Assembly (NCBI RefSeq): GCF_000315625.1
Contig: NW_005434583.1
Location: forward strand, 258,776 to 322,775
Reading direction: 5' to 3'
DNA length: 64,000 nt
Source of the DNA: Guillardia theta CCMP2712
Taxonomy: Eukaryota; Protista; Cryptophyta
Position 1 is the first letter of the stretch. Each line of letters begins with the position of its first letter. Below, piece by piece: positions 1 to 12,479 of the stretch. The notes under the pieces were generated by a model. It was given only the letters and a program-made list of their open reading frames with translations, was not told the origin of the DNA and did not search any database. Both the position numbers and the translations under genes were made by a program.

Positions 1-216
1 TCTTCTTCTTCGCTCAGGATCGATGGGTCAAGAGTCAAGCGGACATCGACCTCGATTAGGCCGTTGAGCGTTTCAATCTGAACTGGTGCAATGGAACAGG
101 CCGAAGTGAGAAAAATGTGCCAACGTTGGCTGAGATTCGGTAGAAAGCATTTGGTAAGGCAGTAACTCACGGACATCCGAGTGGTTCATCGGGTGTTCAA
201 CATTGTTGTGGTACAT
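1..216 (-). CDS. 5' part of a hypothetical protein running off the window start
   Basis: ATG at 216 gives MYHNNVEHPMNHSDV, followed by a GTGAGT donor at 170 and a downstream exon reading LQIETLNGLIEVDVRLTLDPSILSEEE. No recognised homology. Confidence 0.3.
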
Positions 217-393
217 GAAAAAACAGAAAAGACTGAGACTCCGCGTTCACATGAATGTTTATAGTCCCTTGAAAATCGTTCAAAACTTATGCTGGTGCAT
301 TTCCTTGTTCACCAGCGCATTCCCCTCCCCTGAGATTGGTTTTAAGCAGCTTCATGCCGTGCCAAACCTACCTACCGCATTCGCTTCAAGTGT

Positions 394-1392
394 TCAAACG
401 TTGGCCTGAGCCCACTCTAGTATGTCCCTCCAAACCTCCCCGTTGACTGGCTCTGGCTCCCCGGAGGTAAGTGCATGCCATGCATCCTCGTAGACCTTGA
501 TGGTCTTCTTCTCTGGCGAGCACCCGGCTCTTGCATGCAATGCTCTGCTTCCTTCGATGTTTGTGATGACGTCGGCCGAGCCATGCAGGACTAGGAACGG
601 AGTCTTCATCTGCTCCATCTCGCTGTCCAGCTTTAGGGTGGCATCGTAGAGCTCACGAGCTGTTGCGAGACGAGGAAGTCCGACGTAGCAGAGCGGGTTT
701 GCCTTTCCAACCGCCAGCATGTCAGGCCTGCGAATCATCTTTTCTACTGAGATGTCAGACGGGACCATCGGAACAGACGGGATAATGTGGGAGAGGACGC
801 GAAGGGCTCCAACCATGAACTCCGAAGGCTTCATCTCAGGCGCTATGGTGCACATGGGTGCCTGGAGAATCGCCCCGTGGACCGGCTCCCCCTCCCACCC
901 TTGTTTCTGCGCCTCAATTGAAGCGCGGATCGCCACCATGCCGCCCATGGACTCACCGAAGATCAGCCAGCGCAGCTCGGAGAACTTCTTCTGCATGTGC
1001 TTGAGGTACTCGAAGACGTCCTGCAGCGCTAGCTCGAAGTTGTCCAGCATCGCGATGTTCCCATCCGACCAGCCATGCCCCTCCATCTCCAAACCCGTGA
1101 CGACAAACCCCGCTTCCACGAACTTGACCATGGTGTCGCATAGGAACCATCGCAAGTGGTCTCCGTACCCGTGGCAGATCAGAATGGCTCCCCGAGGAGG
1201 GTCTGTCGGTGTCATCGTCCGAGTGAAGAGCCTAAGGCCTCGTGAAGAAGTGAAGTACTCGTCGGTGGTGCTGCTTGCCAGCTTCTCAAGCATCTGCTTC
1301 GTCTCGGCCGGAAACATGGGATGGTCTTCCGGCGTGATCGTGCGTCGCTTCTCCGCTGTTTCAATCTTCTGCATGCTTGCTGGGAGGAACAT
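394..1392 (-). CDS. Alpha/beta hydrolase, monoglyceride lipase/lysophospholipase (Hydrolase_4) family, single exon
   Basis: Oxyanion motif ICHGYG, EGHGWSDG, nucleophile elbow GESMGG, PFLVLHGSAD (Asp) and YEDAWHAL (His). First ATG is at 1392. Confidence 0.9.
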   Translation of the reverse strand: MFLPASMQKIETAEKRRTITPEDHPMFPAETKQMLEKLASSTTDEYFTSSRGLRLFTRTMTPTDPPRGAILICHGYGDHLRWFLCDTMVKFVEAGFVVTGLEMEGHGWSDGNIAMLDNFELALQDVFEYLKHMQKKFSELRWLIFGESMGGMVAIRASIEAQKQGWEGEPVHGAILQAPMCTIAPEMKPSEFMVGALRVLSHIIPSVPMVPSDISVEKMIRRPDMLAVGKANPLCYVGLPRLATARELYDATLKLDSEMEQMKTPFLVLHGSADVITNIEGSRALHARAGCSPEKKTIKVYEDAWHALTSGEPEPVNGEVWRDILEWAQANV

Positions 1393-2253
1393 GGTTCTAC
1401 TTGCACCTGCAACAGGTAGATCAGAATAAGCAGAATCGTACAGCAATCTCCTCTCCTAAGCTCCCTACTCCCCTGCTTCACCTCAACTGATCTGCGCTTC
1501 TCCTTCTCCTCTCCTTCTTCTCTCCTTCTCCTCTCCTTCTCCTCTCCTGCTCCTCTCCCCCGCCATTATCCGTAGCTTCCCCACCCCTGGTCCAGCATTG
1601 TCCTACTCGCTCCCAGTAGTTTTAAAAAACACGTGTTTTAATTTTAGCAATAATGACTCATCATTAGTACTGGCAACCTAGGCTGATCAGCTCCCCAGGA
1701 CTGTTCACCCTTCTAAGTACGCAGTCAGGCATCAAAAGTACGCTCCTTGAAAATCTCCGAATGGGCGTTTATCATCGCCCTCATTCTCATCAAGGTGGGT
1801 CGGAGGGCGATGAACGTCCTCATCGGGGATTCAAATTCAAAATGGATGGGGTCCTCTCACTGGGGGGTCCTGGTAAGAAGTCGTGGATGGGGGTACTGGA
1901 TTATGAAATCCAGGGTACAGGGGTGGGGGGGGAGGGATCACAGAGGGTAGTAGATTGGTTGCTTGAGCACTGGAGGGAGCAGGAAGGAGGGCAAGAGATA
2001 GGGGCAGGGGCAGGGACAGGGACAGGGACTGAACAAGTAGCTGTTGCAGACTTAGAAGACGAAGCTTTGTGAAAGCAATCACTTCCATGAGCCTAAAGGT
2101 TTGATCTCGGACGATTGTGAAGCAAGTGGACACGAGAAACAATTGCGAAATTGGAACAGGAAGTAAGTGACATTCTCAAAGCATTCAAACAGAAAGATTC
2201 GTCGATGATGTTTCTCTGAATGGAAATTGGACTTGAATTTTGACTGCCTAATT

Positions 2254-4773
2254 ATGCTCGCTGAGACACCTATTGTCAATCCCAAGCGATTTAGAGCAGT
2301 TTTGCTATCATCAGCTTGTATTTTGGCGCTTTCTTGGCCGAATGCTTGTAAGGCGGCTCAAATCAATGTAATTCCGGATGGTTTCCCGATCCCCAGTCCA
2401 TCAAAAGTTCAGCCGACCTTCTATGAGACGAAGGAGCAAACCTTTGACAGCAAACAAAGAGATACATTTGACGACGATCCTCTGTTTGGTTCCCATGTTT
2501 CGAGCATGGAATCCAAACCACCATCCCAAGACACAGATGATCAGATGGTATAATGCAGAGTCAAGTTGTTTGTTCGTTGATTGGGCTGACCCTTCTGAAG
2601 GCGAGCTTGATGAAGAAACAGTTACACATGGCAAGGAACCAGCTACAAAGAGAGATGAACATGGTCAGAAAGTGACAGTCAGTGATCCTGGATGTTGATT
2701 TTCTTTCTAGATGCAAAACAATGAGCAATCAGCTCCAGCCGCCTGGAACCACCAGATGGGCTATCCGTACTACCCATACAACAACCCATATTTCTGTCAA
2801 CCGACGAATGGGCAATGTGATCTCGCTGGACTCGAATGTCTGTTGCTGAATTCTATTAACAGACATGATGCATCCGAACCAGTTCCAGTACCCGCCATTC
2901 GCTCCTCCTCCCGCTCTGTCTCTGCGGGAAGCTCTTATGAACTCCAAAAGTTCTCACGGGCAGCCTCCAGGTAACTTCCCACTCCATGCTGTGCTCTTTG
3001 CAAGACTTGACACGCTTGTGTGCTGAAGACGATCGAGGTTATATGAACATGGGAGGCAACTATATGAGAGGTGCAGCGATGCTCAAGGCAGCGACCAGCA
3101 TGGGTCAACAGAACCTCTTGGATGAAGGCTATTACGTCGAATCCGATCCCTCCGAAGATGTGGAAGCAAGATTCCGTGCACTGGCTTCTAGAGGCCGAAC
3201 AAGTTCAGGTCGACGTGCTAGACAATCTGGGTATGCAAATAGAAATCGCTTTTTCGACGCTTCAGATATGGATGAGGTTGAGGATGCCCATTGCAACCCG
3301 CCTGTGCCTCACAATCTTCGCAGTTCCATGATGTATCTCTCTCCCCGCAATTCTCGTCACGAGGATCTCGAGGAAGGAAGCCGCGAGGTCAGAACTGACT
3401 GACTTGGTGGCAATGTTGACTCTTCTGCTGTAGGCTCCTCATCCAGAGCTCTCACGTTTGGGCGTACTTCAGGGAGAAAACCCCAGGAGCCCATGTTGAG
3501 AGACGTGACTTCGGAAGACTTAGCCACGTCTGGTGGCAACGATCCGATCCAGATCCTGCGTGAACTGAACAGCAAGAAGTCGCCGAAGGATTTTGATAAG
3601 TTGATCCTCGAGCACTTCTCCAAGAAAGAGAGCACACCAGAGGAGTCGAACGAGGACTCTTGGCTCAACGAGCTCCATGAATCACTTGACAAGATCGGGG
3701 ATGAACCTGAGAAAGATTCAGCGCTGGTCAAGGAAAAAGGAGCGCAGGGGGGTGCACGAAAGAGCAAGGGGATCAAGCCGGAGGAGCAAGTGGCTGACTT
3801 GAAACCGCAAACGTCGAGGGGAAGGAAAGCAACCAAGCAGCTACAGACGGAAAAGTCGACAAGCAGAAGCTCGAGCGCGCCTCGCGCGGCTTCGGCTCCT
3901 TCCCTCCGGCCTCCCTCCGGCGGAAAGAAGCCTGCCGCTCGAGGAAAGCTCGCCATGCCAGCTGCGACGCCAAGGGGAAGAAAGACAGCTGCTGTCTCGG
4001 AGGCACCAAGCAGCTCCGAGGAAGGAGGCAGCACCAGCTTGAGCCGACCAGCACCACGGAGAGGGCGGGCAGCAGGGGCACGAGGAAGAGCAGGAGCGAG
4101 CGCCAGGGGGAGGAAAGCGACGAGCGTGAGAGGGAGGGTGGCGAAGGCAGGGCAAGGGGGGAGGACGGCGAAGGCAACGAGCACAAGGGGGGCGAGGACG
4201 ACGAGGAGTACAGGAGGGGCGAGGAACAAGGGCGGCGCGAGAGGTAGACCTGGCGTTGCACAGGCAGGATCGATTCAGACAAAAAAAGGTTCGGCGACTG
4301 AGACAAGCGGAGAGCTCACCTCAGATTCGATGCCTCGCACAAGAGCCGCACAAAGCAGATCAAGCAGAAGCTCGAGCGCGCCTCGCGCGGCTTCGGCTCC
4401 TTCCCTCCGGCCTCCCTCCGGCGGAAAGAAGCCTGCCGCTCGAGGAAAGCTCGCCATGCCAGCTGCGACGCCAAGGGAAAGAAAGACAGCTGCTGTCTCG
4501 GAGGCACCAAGCAGCTCCGAGGAAGGAGGCAGCACCAGCTTGAGCCGACCAGCACCACGGAGAGGGCGGGCAGCAGGGGCACGAGGAAGAGCAGGAGCGA
4601 GCGCCAGGGGGAGGAAAGCGACGAGCGTGAGAGGGAGGGTGGCGAAGGCAGGGCAAGGGGGGAGGACGGCGAAGGCAACGAGCACAAGGGGGGCGAGGAC
4701 GACGAGGAGTACAGGAGGGGCGAGGACGACGAGGAGCTCAAGTGTGAAGGCGGAGGGTGAGGAACTCAGTTAG
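2254..4773 (+). CDS. Hypothetical multi-exon protein with a hydrophobic leader and a duplicated Arg/Gly/Ser/Ala-rich basic C-terminus
   Basis: Consecutive ORFs 2227-2553, 2711-2974, 2986-3402 and 3493-4773 separated by intron-sized GT..AG gaps. Leader AVLLSSACILALSWPNACKA. Confidence 0.55.
3861..4726 (+). repeat. In-frame direct repeat of ~365 bp (3861-~4225 and 4362-~4726, offset 501 nt)
   Basis: Near-identical copies encoding SRSSSAPRAAS...TRSTGGAR. Confidence 0.95.
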
Positions 4774-5176
4774 AACTTGATACGATTGATTCACTGTACT
4801 TTATGATGTTTGAATGTGATGACGACACGGTTGCGGTTCAAGTGTATAAATGTTAAGAGGCAATACATGTTATGATGCCAAGGCTGGCTGCTCAAGCCAT
4901 GCTTCTTCTCTCTTCTCCCTCCTCTCCTTCTCTTCAGCTGTCTGTCTCCTGCTCTCTATCGCCACTCTCCCCCTGCTGGCTGCCGGCGAGTCGGGCTCGC
5001 TCAGCCCGTCACTAAGAGCCAACTGAGCACAAGTGCCCTTCGTGAGTAAGTTCAAAGAGAGTGTAAAGTATTTCGAGCCTGCCTCATTGTTCCAATAAAA
5101 ACAATTTGAGAGACAGTGATTTGACTGGGCTTTTGTTATAAAGGAAGAGAAATCGCTGCCTGGCAAAGAATACCAT

Positions 5177-5856
5177 NNNNNNNNNNNNNNNNNNNNNNNN
5201 NNNNNNNNNNNNNNNNNNNNNNNNNNNNNNNNNNNNNNNNNNNNNNNNNNNNNNNNNNNNNNNNNNNNNNNNNNNNNNNNNNNNNNNNNNNNNNNNNNNN
5301 NNNNNNNNNNNNNNNNNNNNNNNNNNNNNNNNNNNNNNNNNNNNNNNNNNNNNNNNNNNNNNNNNNNNNNNNNNNNNNNNNNNNNNNNNNNNNNNNNNNN
5401 NNNNNNNNNNNNNNNNNNNNNNNNNNNNNNNNNNNNNNNNNNNNNNNNNNNNNNNNNNNNNNNNNNNNNNNNNNNNNNNNNNNNNNNNNNNNNNNNNNNN
5501 NNNNNNNNNNNNNNNNNNNNNNNNNNNNNNNNNNNNNNNNNNNNNNNNNNNNNNNNNNNNNNNNNNNNNNNNNNNNNNNNNNNNNNNNNNNNNNNNNNNN
5601 NNNNNNNNNNNNNNNNNNNNNNNNNNNNNNNNNNNNNNNNNNNNNNNNNNNNNNNNNNNNNNNNNNNNNNNNNNNNNNNNNNNNNNNNNNNNNNNNNNNN
5701 NNNNNNNNNNNNNNNNNNNNNNNNNNNNNNNNNNNNNNNNNNNNNNNNNNNNNNNNNNNNNNNNNNNNNNNNNNNNNNNNNNNNNNNNNNNNNNNNNNNN
5801 NNNNNNNNNNNNNNNNNNNNNNNNNNNNNNNNNNNNNNNNNNNNNNNNNNNNNNNN
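5177..5856. other. Assembly gap (N run)
   Basis: Run of n. Confidence 1.
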
Positions 5857-6263
5857 GGCGAAGGCAACGAGCACAAGGGGGGCGAGGACGACGAGGAGTA
5901 CAGGAGGGGCGAGGACGACGAGGAGCTCAAGTGTGAAGGCGGAGGGTGAGGAACTCAGTTAGAACTTGATACGATTGATTCACTGTACTTTATGATGTTT
6001 GAATGTGATGACGACACGGTTGCGGTTCAAGTGTATAAATGTTAAGAGGCAATACATGTTATGATGCCAAGGCTGGCTGCTCAAGCCATGCTTCTTCTCT
6101 CTTCTCCCTCCTCTCCTTCTCTTCAGCTGTCTGTCTCCTGCTCTCTATCGCCACTCTCCCCCTGCTGGCTGCCGGCGAGTCGGGCTCGCTCAGCCCGTCA
6201 CTAAGAGCCAACTGAGCACAAGTGCCCTTCGTGAGTAAGTTCAAAGAGAGTGTAAAGTATTTC
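5857..6263 (+). repeat. Copy of 4668-5074 (gene 3' end plus downstream DNA) lying between two gaps
   Basis: Identical by eye at offset 1189. Confidence 0.95.
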
Positions 6264-6840
6264 NNNNNNNNNNNNNNNNNNNNNNNNNNNNNNNNNNNNN
6301 NNNNNNNNNNNNNNNNNNNNNNNNNNNNNNNNNNNNNNNNNNNNNNNNNNNNNNNNNNNNNNNNNNNNNNNNNNNNNNNNNNNNNNNNNNNNNNNNNNNN
6401 NNNNNNNNNNNNNNNNNNNNNNNNNNNNNNNNNNNNNNNNNNNNNNNNNNNNNNNNNNNNNNNNNNNNNNNNNNNNNNNNNNNNNNNNNNNNNNNNNNNN
6501 NNNNNNNNNNNNNNNNNNNNNNNNNNNNNNNNNNNNNNNNNNNNNNNNNNNNNNNNNNNNNNNNNNNNNNNNNNNNNNNNNNNNNNNNNNNNNNNNNNNN
6601 NNNNNNNNNNNNNNNNNNNNNNNNNNNNNNNNNNNNNNNNNNNNNNNNNNNNNNNNNNNNNNNNNNNNNNNNNNNNNNNNNNNNNNNNNNNNNNNNNNNN
6701 NNNNNNNNNNNNNNNNNNNNNNNNNNNNNNNNNNNNNNNNNNNNNNNNNNNNNNNNNNNNNNNNNNNNNNNNNNNNNNNNNNNNNNNNNNNNNNNNNNNN
6801 NNNNNNNNNNNNNNNNNNNNNNNNNNNNNNNNNNNNNNNN
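6264..6840. other. Assembly gap (N run)
   Basis: Run of n. Confidence 1.
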
Positions 6841-6845
6841 TTATT

Positions 6846-6996
6846 AAGAGGGAGGGAGGGAGGGGGGAGGGGGGGAGGGGAAGAGAGGGAGGGAGGGAGA
6901 GGGAGGGAGAAAGAGGGAGAGAGAGGGGTAGGGGAAGAGAGGGAGAGAGGGAGAGGGGAAGAGAGGGAGGGAGGGAGGGGGAGAGGGAGAGGGAGA
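6846..6996 (+). repeat. Purine (GA/GGA) low-complexity tract
   Basis: gagggagggagagggaggg... composition. Confidence 0.9.
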
Positions 6997-7060
6997 TCAT
7001 GCACACATTTTCGCGTCTTTTTCACAGTTCATGGTGATTGTTGACAAACGTCTGTTTCAA

Positions 7061-7823
7061 GGTCGTTGCTAATTCATAAGGTCGTTATCTTCTCCCGGAC
7101 AGCAAGACAAGAGATTATCAAGGGTTGCTGGGCTTCCTCCAGCTCGATGGCTGCAAGTTGAGCCAGCTCAGAGCACTCGCGGATGAATCCAGACTTTGCC
7201 AGCATCTTCTCCTGCTGTGACAGTAGGAGAACAGGGGAACGAGAAGTCACAGCAGGTGAGGCACGGGCCAAGCTGCCATGACTGACGGTCTTGACTCGTC
7301 CATGGTAGAGAGCCGAATCTGCGGAGTCGGTATCAACTTCAGAGCAGACAAGACTGGCGCGCTGTACGTCTCCTCCCTAGTAGAGAACGGTCAGCAGCTG
7401 CACAGGCAACCAGCCACATCTTACGGGTGATCCAGGTCCTGCAGACAAGACAGGGAAAGTTCGGCCTGGCGACGTCCTCTACGAGGTCGACGGGACAGTC
7501 GGTGATCCTCTGTTTCCTCGCCTCTGATGCCCACATGCTTGACGAGCGCTTCTCTTGCAGTTTACAGGAGCGGCCTGAGCCAGATCTCCAAGCACCTGCT
7601 GGGAGGCGACGGGACCATTGTGATGGTCGGCTTCCTGCGAGAAGGTGACCCCTTGTCTCTTGTTTCTCCTTCCCACTCCTACCAAGTCTCTTCCCCGTAT
7701 GGCTCTTCTCATGTTGATCTCTGCCGTACAGGGAAGAAAGTTTCAGTTGAGATAGTTCGCAAGCCTGTTCAAGCTTTGATGACTATCAGGCACATTCTCG
7801 AGGATGAGGAAGGTCTGGAATAG
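7061..7823 (+). CDS. 3' part of a PDZ-domain protein (5' end probably in the gap)
   Basis: Spliced exons read CGVGINFRADKTGALYVSSLVENG/PADKTGKVRPGDVLYEVDGQS/VYRSGLSQISKHLLGGDGTIVMVGFLRE/GKKVSVEIVR, a typical PDZ pattern. Confidence 0.8.
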
Positions 7824-8826
7824 TAGAGACGTGTGTATCAACAGTGACCATGTGTGTGAAGACGTAAATTGATAAAATAATTTGAAACCATGTTACGTGC
7901 TGTCATGATAAAATGCGACTTCACAACTTAATCCATCCTCTTTTTACATAAAGCTCTTGATCCCTTCGTCTCGATCAACTGAAACGTTCTCCTCCTTCTA
8001 CTTCTTTTTGCTTTCTAGGTCTTGTACAGCATTTCCATCCTACAGGGTTGGTTCTACAGCTCTACTTTGACGACCATCATCTTGCAGATCCACTTGCTCC
8101 ACCTGCATCCATCTTGTTCATTATCTTCACCTTGAACATCATCGTCGTCAACTTCGTCCTTGTCTTCATCTTCATCTTCATCCTCATCTCAGTCAGATAT
8201 CTTTCATTGTGACCCGCATGCTGGATTCGTTAATTGGGTCAACAGGTACCTTTGATTAACTTACAAGGGGTAGGGTGGTAGTTATTCACCTACTTTTCTT
8301 CCGCTTAAGAAGGTGGGTATTTGGGTGAGAAAGAAGGGGGTCACTACTGAAATACAGGGGTAGGTGATCTCTTGTTCGACGAGTTACGTGGAGCTGGGCT
8401 CTATCTATGGCATAAGGGAGCGAGGAGGGAAGGGGGGAGGGCAGGGATAGGATGGAATGCACGATCAAGATTGAACCATGAGGACCCGAAGAGATGTCAA
8501 TGGTGGGGAGGAGCTGCAGAAAGTTAGGATGGCGGAAGCGGGCTTGTAGGAGCAGGAGCAGGAGCAGGAGCAGGTGGTGAAAGACATAGGAACGCGATGC
8601 ATCAGTAAAATCAAATGGGGAGATGGGAGTAAGAAGATCTAGGAGTCTAGGATGACGAACGAAGGGGTATCGATGACTTCGAGGAGGGAAATAGGTATGT
8701 TTGCAGGGGCAATAAAAAAATTCGGCATGGTCGGCTTACATTCCTTTTATCAAACTTCCTCTCCCTTCTCACTGTCTGCCCGTCAGAATAAGAAGCACGT
8801 TTCTACGATCAAACTACTGAGGACAG

Positions 8827-11800
8827 ATGGAGCTGGGGAAATCTGTGGAGAGCGATCTATTTCTGAGGTACGCAACCTTTAGCTGCATGCTTTGCTATCG
8901 GGTACAAGAACTTCATTCTTGTTGATTCAATGATCGCTCAGTGCTGCTCATGGCAACTTGGAGAATATACAGAGACTCCTCTCGAATGGATCCGTTGTGC
9001 TTGATTTGTCGATGGAAATATCAAGGATCGAATTCACTGTACAGGTCACTTGTTGTGTTGACATGTAAAGAAACGAGCGTCATTGCGGGTTTTCAGATGC
9101 AAGCTCTTCTCAAGGAAGCGATCCAAGAGCAGAATTCCTTGGTAGAAGCTTGTCTGACTGTTCTGTCATGTTTGTGAACATGTCGATTTTTCAGATTCAA
9201 GCTAAAGACATCAGCATTGTCGGGATAACGGAATTTGTAGACTCTTTTATTGTTTTTTGAAACAACAATCTGATGAGGTTTTTGGCTAAAGGGATCAGGC
9301 TTGAATGTTGCCCTCAGGTTGATGAACTCTTGTAGCTCAATGATTTCATCTTGTTGCAGTATTAGTGCGGTTTCGGATTCAGATGTCAACGCGAGGAAAA
9401 TCGCAGAAATGGTGTCCCAGGCCAAATTCATTCAGAACGTCAGTGTGATTGTCGTCGTATATCAGTGTCACTGAGCGGTCGCTAGGTGGACAGGAAGCTT
9501 TCTGAGGCTGTGCGGACTGTAAAATGGAACCTGAAGCTCAACCAGCCTCCGAGACCGATAGTCTACAAGTGGGGGGGAAGAACGTGCGGTGTTGTCAACC
9601 CTGACGAGACTTTCAGGATAGACGATAAGGACAACATCGGTTGCACAGCTCTACATTGGGCTGCACTCAACGACAAGGTCAACGTCATGAAGTGGCTGAT
9701 CAAGGAAGGAGCGGATCTGAACGCTAGGGGCAATGACGGACACACGCCCCTACACTGGGCAGGGCTGAAGGGATTCTTGCGCGCTACTAGAGTTCTGATC
9801 GATGCAGGAGCAGACCTGAATGTGCAGGACAACTGGAAATTCACTGCAATGATCCGGGCAGCTCAGAACGGTCATGTGCTAGTGGTGCTTGCGCTGATGT
9901 ATGCTGGTGCTGACGTCACCATCTGTGACAACGAGAAGCACAACGTGCTGCACTGGGCCGTCTTCCACCGCCATCACCTGGTTGTAGAATGGATCTTAAC
10001 GTTCTCGTCCGTCCGAAGAATCATAGACGATGCGGACGACGATGGGTGTACAGCACTGCACTTGGCTGCCAAGAAGAGTGGAGGAGAAATGTGCAGGAAG
10101 CTGATTGCGGCGGGAGCAGAAATATCTTTGACAGACAACAAGGGAAAGACACCCGCGGACTATGCGGGGTCGTCGCACAGATTAAATGCTGCGAGACTGC
10201 TGCGTAATATCTCCATCATCCCAAAGAAATGGAGGCAGAAAATGCTTCAAAATGCAGAGCACGGCCGGACGTTCTACACCATACCCACAGTTCACGGAGC
10301 TATTGCGATGTTCTTCATTGTCCTTGCTTGTATCATCTACCTTCGCGTGAGCTCAACTGTGCTTTTCTAAATTCTCCTCACCGTCATGTTGTAGACATTC
10401 TTACCTGCACTATGGCCGAGATTGTTCTCCCTTCACTTCATCTTCGTTCTCTTCTTGCCCATCATGTATTATTGCTACTACAAGTCATGGAAGGGAGACC
10501 CCGGAACAATTCCTCCTCAACCGCAGGTTCGTGTGACTGGACTTCCTCGCTGCGCAATGGTTGACGGAACTTGTGAACACGCAGAAGATACTAGAGCAGG
10601 TGGCTGCTGAGGAAGTTTCTATGGATGATGTGATGGCTCTCGTGGAGTCTTGCCTGTCCTGATGCGCTGCAGGTGCTGCTCGTCGCAATGTCCACGAAGA
10701 TCCCGCGAGCCAAGTTCAGCCGCTTCTTCAACTGCTACGTGGCGAGGTGTTCACTGCTGTGACTCAGTCTCCCATGACTCTAAGAAAGGTTTGATCATGA
10801 TTGCCCGTGGGTCTCCAACGTCGTCGGGGCGAAGAATATCGGGTAAGGGATTGAGATGGGGGGAGTTGCCCTACCGCCTCCTGTTCTTGTCCTGCTCTGA
10901 CTCACCTTCGGTTTTTTACCTGCCCTGTAGAGTTTTTGTCGGATTCTGCTACTCGGTACCCGTTGTTTCCATGACTAGCGCACAGCTCACAGTGACTGTC
11001 AGGTTTCCGTCTGCCTGCTGTGTTGGGTCATCTTCTGCTTCCAGTATCTCTGGTTGAGGAGCTTCGCCGAGGCTCAGGCGCACTGCCCGGTCAAGGATCC
11101 CTCGTTCCCCCACATCCCTCACTCGTTGCCAGCAGGGCGTTCTAGCAAACTCAACATCCCTCGTGGCCTGTCCCAAGACGGGAGAAGTCATGGTGACTAT
11201 CTTACACAAGGACCTGGTGGGCGTCTGTCTTGTCCATTCCGCGGGTCTGAATGAATTTTCGCAGGGCATGAGCCTGTTGCTCATGATTTATGTCTTCTTC
11301 ACCTTCTTTACTATATTGATGTCCTTCTCACAGTGAGTGAATCCTCTCCTCCCGCTATCACTTGGATGATGCCCTGGGGCAGGACGCGGCAGATTTGTCT
11401 CAACGTGACCACGAACGAGCTGATCAACTGGCACAGGTAGAGAGAAGAAGTCAAGAGAGGCTCGTGCTGATACTGTCTTGTTGTTTTTCTCTCAGATACT
11501 CGGGTTGGACGCGTGAAGATGGGACGTTCAAGAATCCTTACGATAGAGGAGTGATTCAAAACCTGAAACAGTTCTTTCAGAGGTACCGTGTTATTGTTGG
11601 GTCCTTGGTAGTCACTGACCCCTATCAAGCTATCGTTCGTTTCTTCGTGAGCCCTCCAAGAACGACGAAGCTGAGGATCTCATCGTCAAGGTGCGCGACC
11701 CACTCCTGCCATCAGTTTGTTGGGCCTGACACGTCCCAGGTGGACCCGGAGAGCAGCAGCGCTTATCGCGACTCTCGCGTGAAGGAGGGGTATGGGATCG

Positions 11801-11871
11801 AGATGCAGACGACGGCAAGTCAGTACTCCAAGGAGGTCGAGGCGCAGCTGAAGGAGATTGGTTTTGATTAA
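8827..11871 (+). CDS. Ankyrin-repeat protein S-acyltransferase (AKR1/ZDHHC17/TIP1-like), DHDC variant
   Basis: Several ankyrin repeats (TALHWAA, TPLHWAG, TALHLAA), TM helices, GDPG, RFDHDCPWVSNVVG (10789-10845), NVTTNE (TTxE) and NPYDRGVIQNLKQFF (PaCCT). Confidence 0.88.
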
Positions 11872-11959
11872 GTCGAGAACTTCCCTTTTGTCTCCGACTG
11901 TCTCATCTCAGTTGAGATTAGCCCTGGCATGAGTCCTCTGAGATTGACTAGAAGTAAGA

Positions 11960-12240
11960 CTGTTCGCATATCACACTCCGAGTGGCACCGTTTCATCGTG
12001 ACTCCCCGCGAGCCCGGGCTGAGTGACTGTCGAATGAGACGCCGCCACTGCCGTGCGCCGGGCCCTTTCCTGAGCCTCGGAGGCTCCTGCCCGGTCAGTG
12101 ACGCCGGGTCAGCCGGACAGGCTCCCCGGGCCACAGAAAAGTGAAACCGAACTGACGTAAGTGGCTAACTGTACGGTCACCTCAGTCACTGAGTGTCACT
12201 GATGATCCTACTGGGCCTGCCTCCGAGTCAACAGCGAGCT
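11960..12240. repeat. Intergenic GC-rich palindromic-word island 1
   Basis: Dense CCCGGG/CCGG words plus TGACTC, GAGTCA, CAGTGAC and GTCACTG. Confidence 0.55.
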
Positions 12241-12479
12241 CCCTTTCCTGCCCCCTTTCAGCCTCTTGACGTTTTTTTTTAAACACAAAAGTACCGGTGC
12301 AGCTAATGACAATTGCGAGCCCAGGAGAGGGTGGTGGGTGGTCGGACGCCTTTTGCGGGAAGCGACATGCTTCAGACGGCGCGCAGGGGGAGGTGAGAAG
12401 AGAAGGAACAGGAGGGAAGCGAGCAGGAAGAAGAGAGGAGGAGATTCAAGATCGCTGACTCAGCAACTCACTTGACAAG

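Noticed and set aside
719-1429. 236-aa plus-strand ORF
   Set aside because: It is the antisense shadow of the hydrolase gene.
5857-6263. Second copy of the 4668-5074 gene end as a real tandem gene duplication
   Set aside because: It is an identical copy flanked by N gaps on both sides and cannot be distinguished from a scaffolding artefact.
6846-6996. GA-rich tract as a nucleomorph-type telomere repeat
   Set aside because: It has no regular unit and looks like ordinary purine low-complexity DNA next to a gap.
4870-7037. Long ORFs spanning N runs
   Set aside because: These are artefacts of translating gaps.
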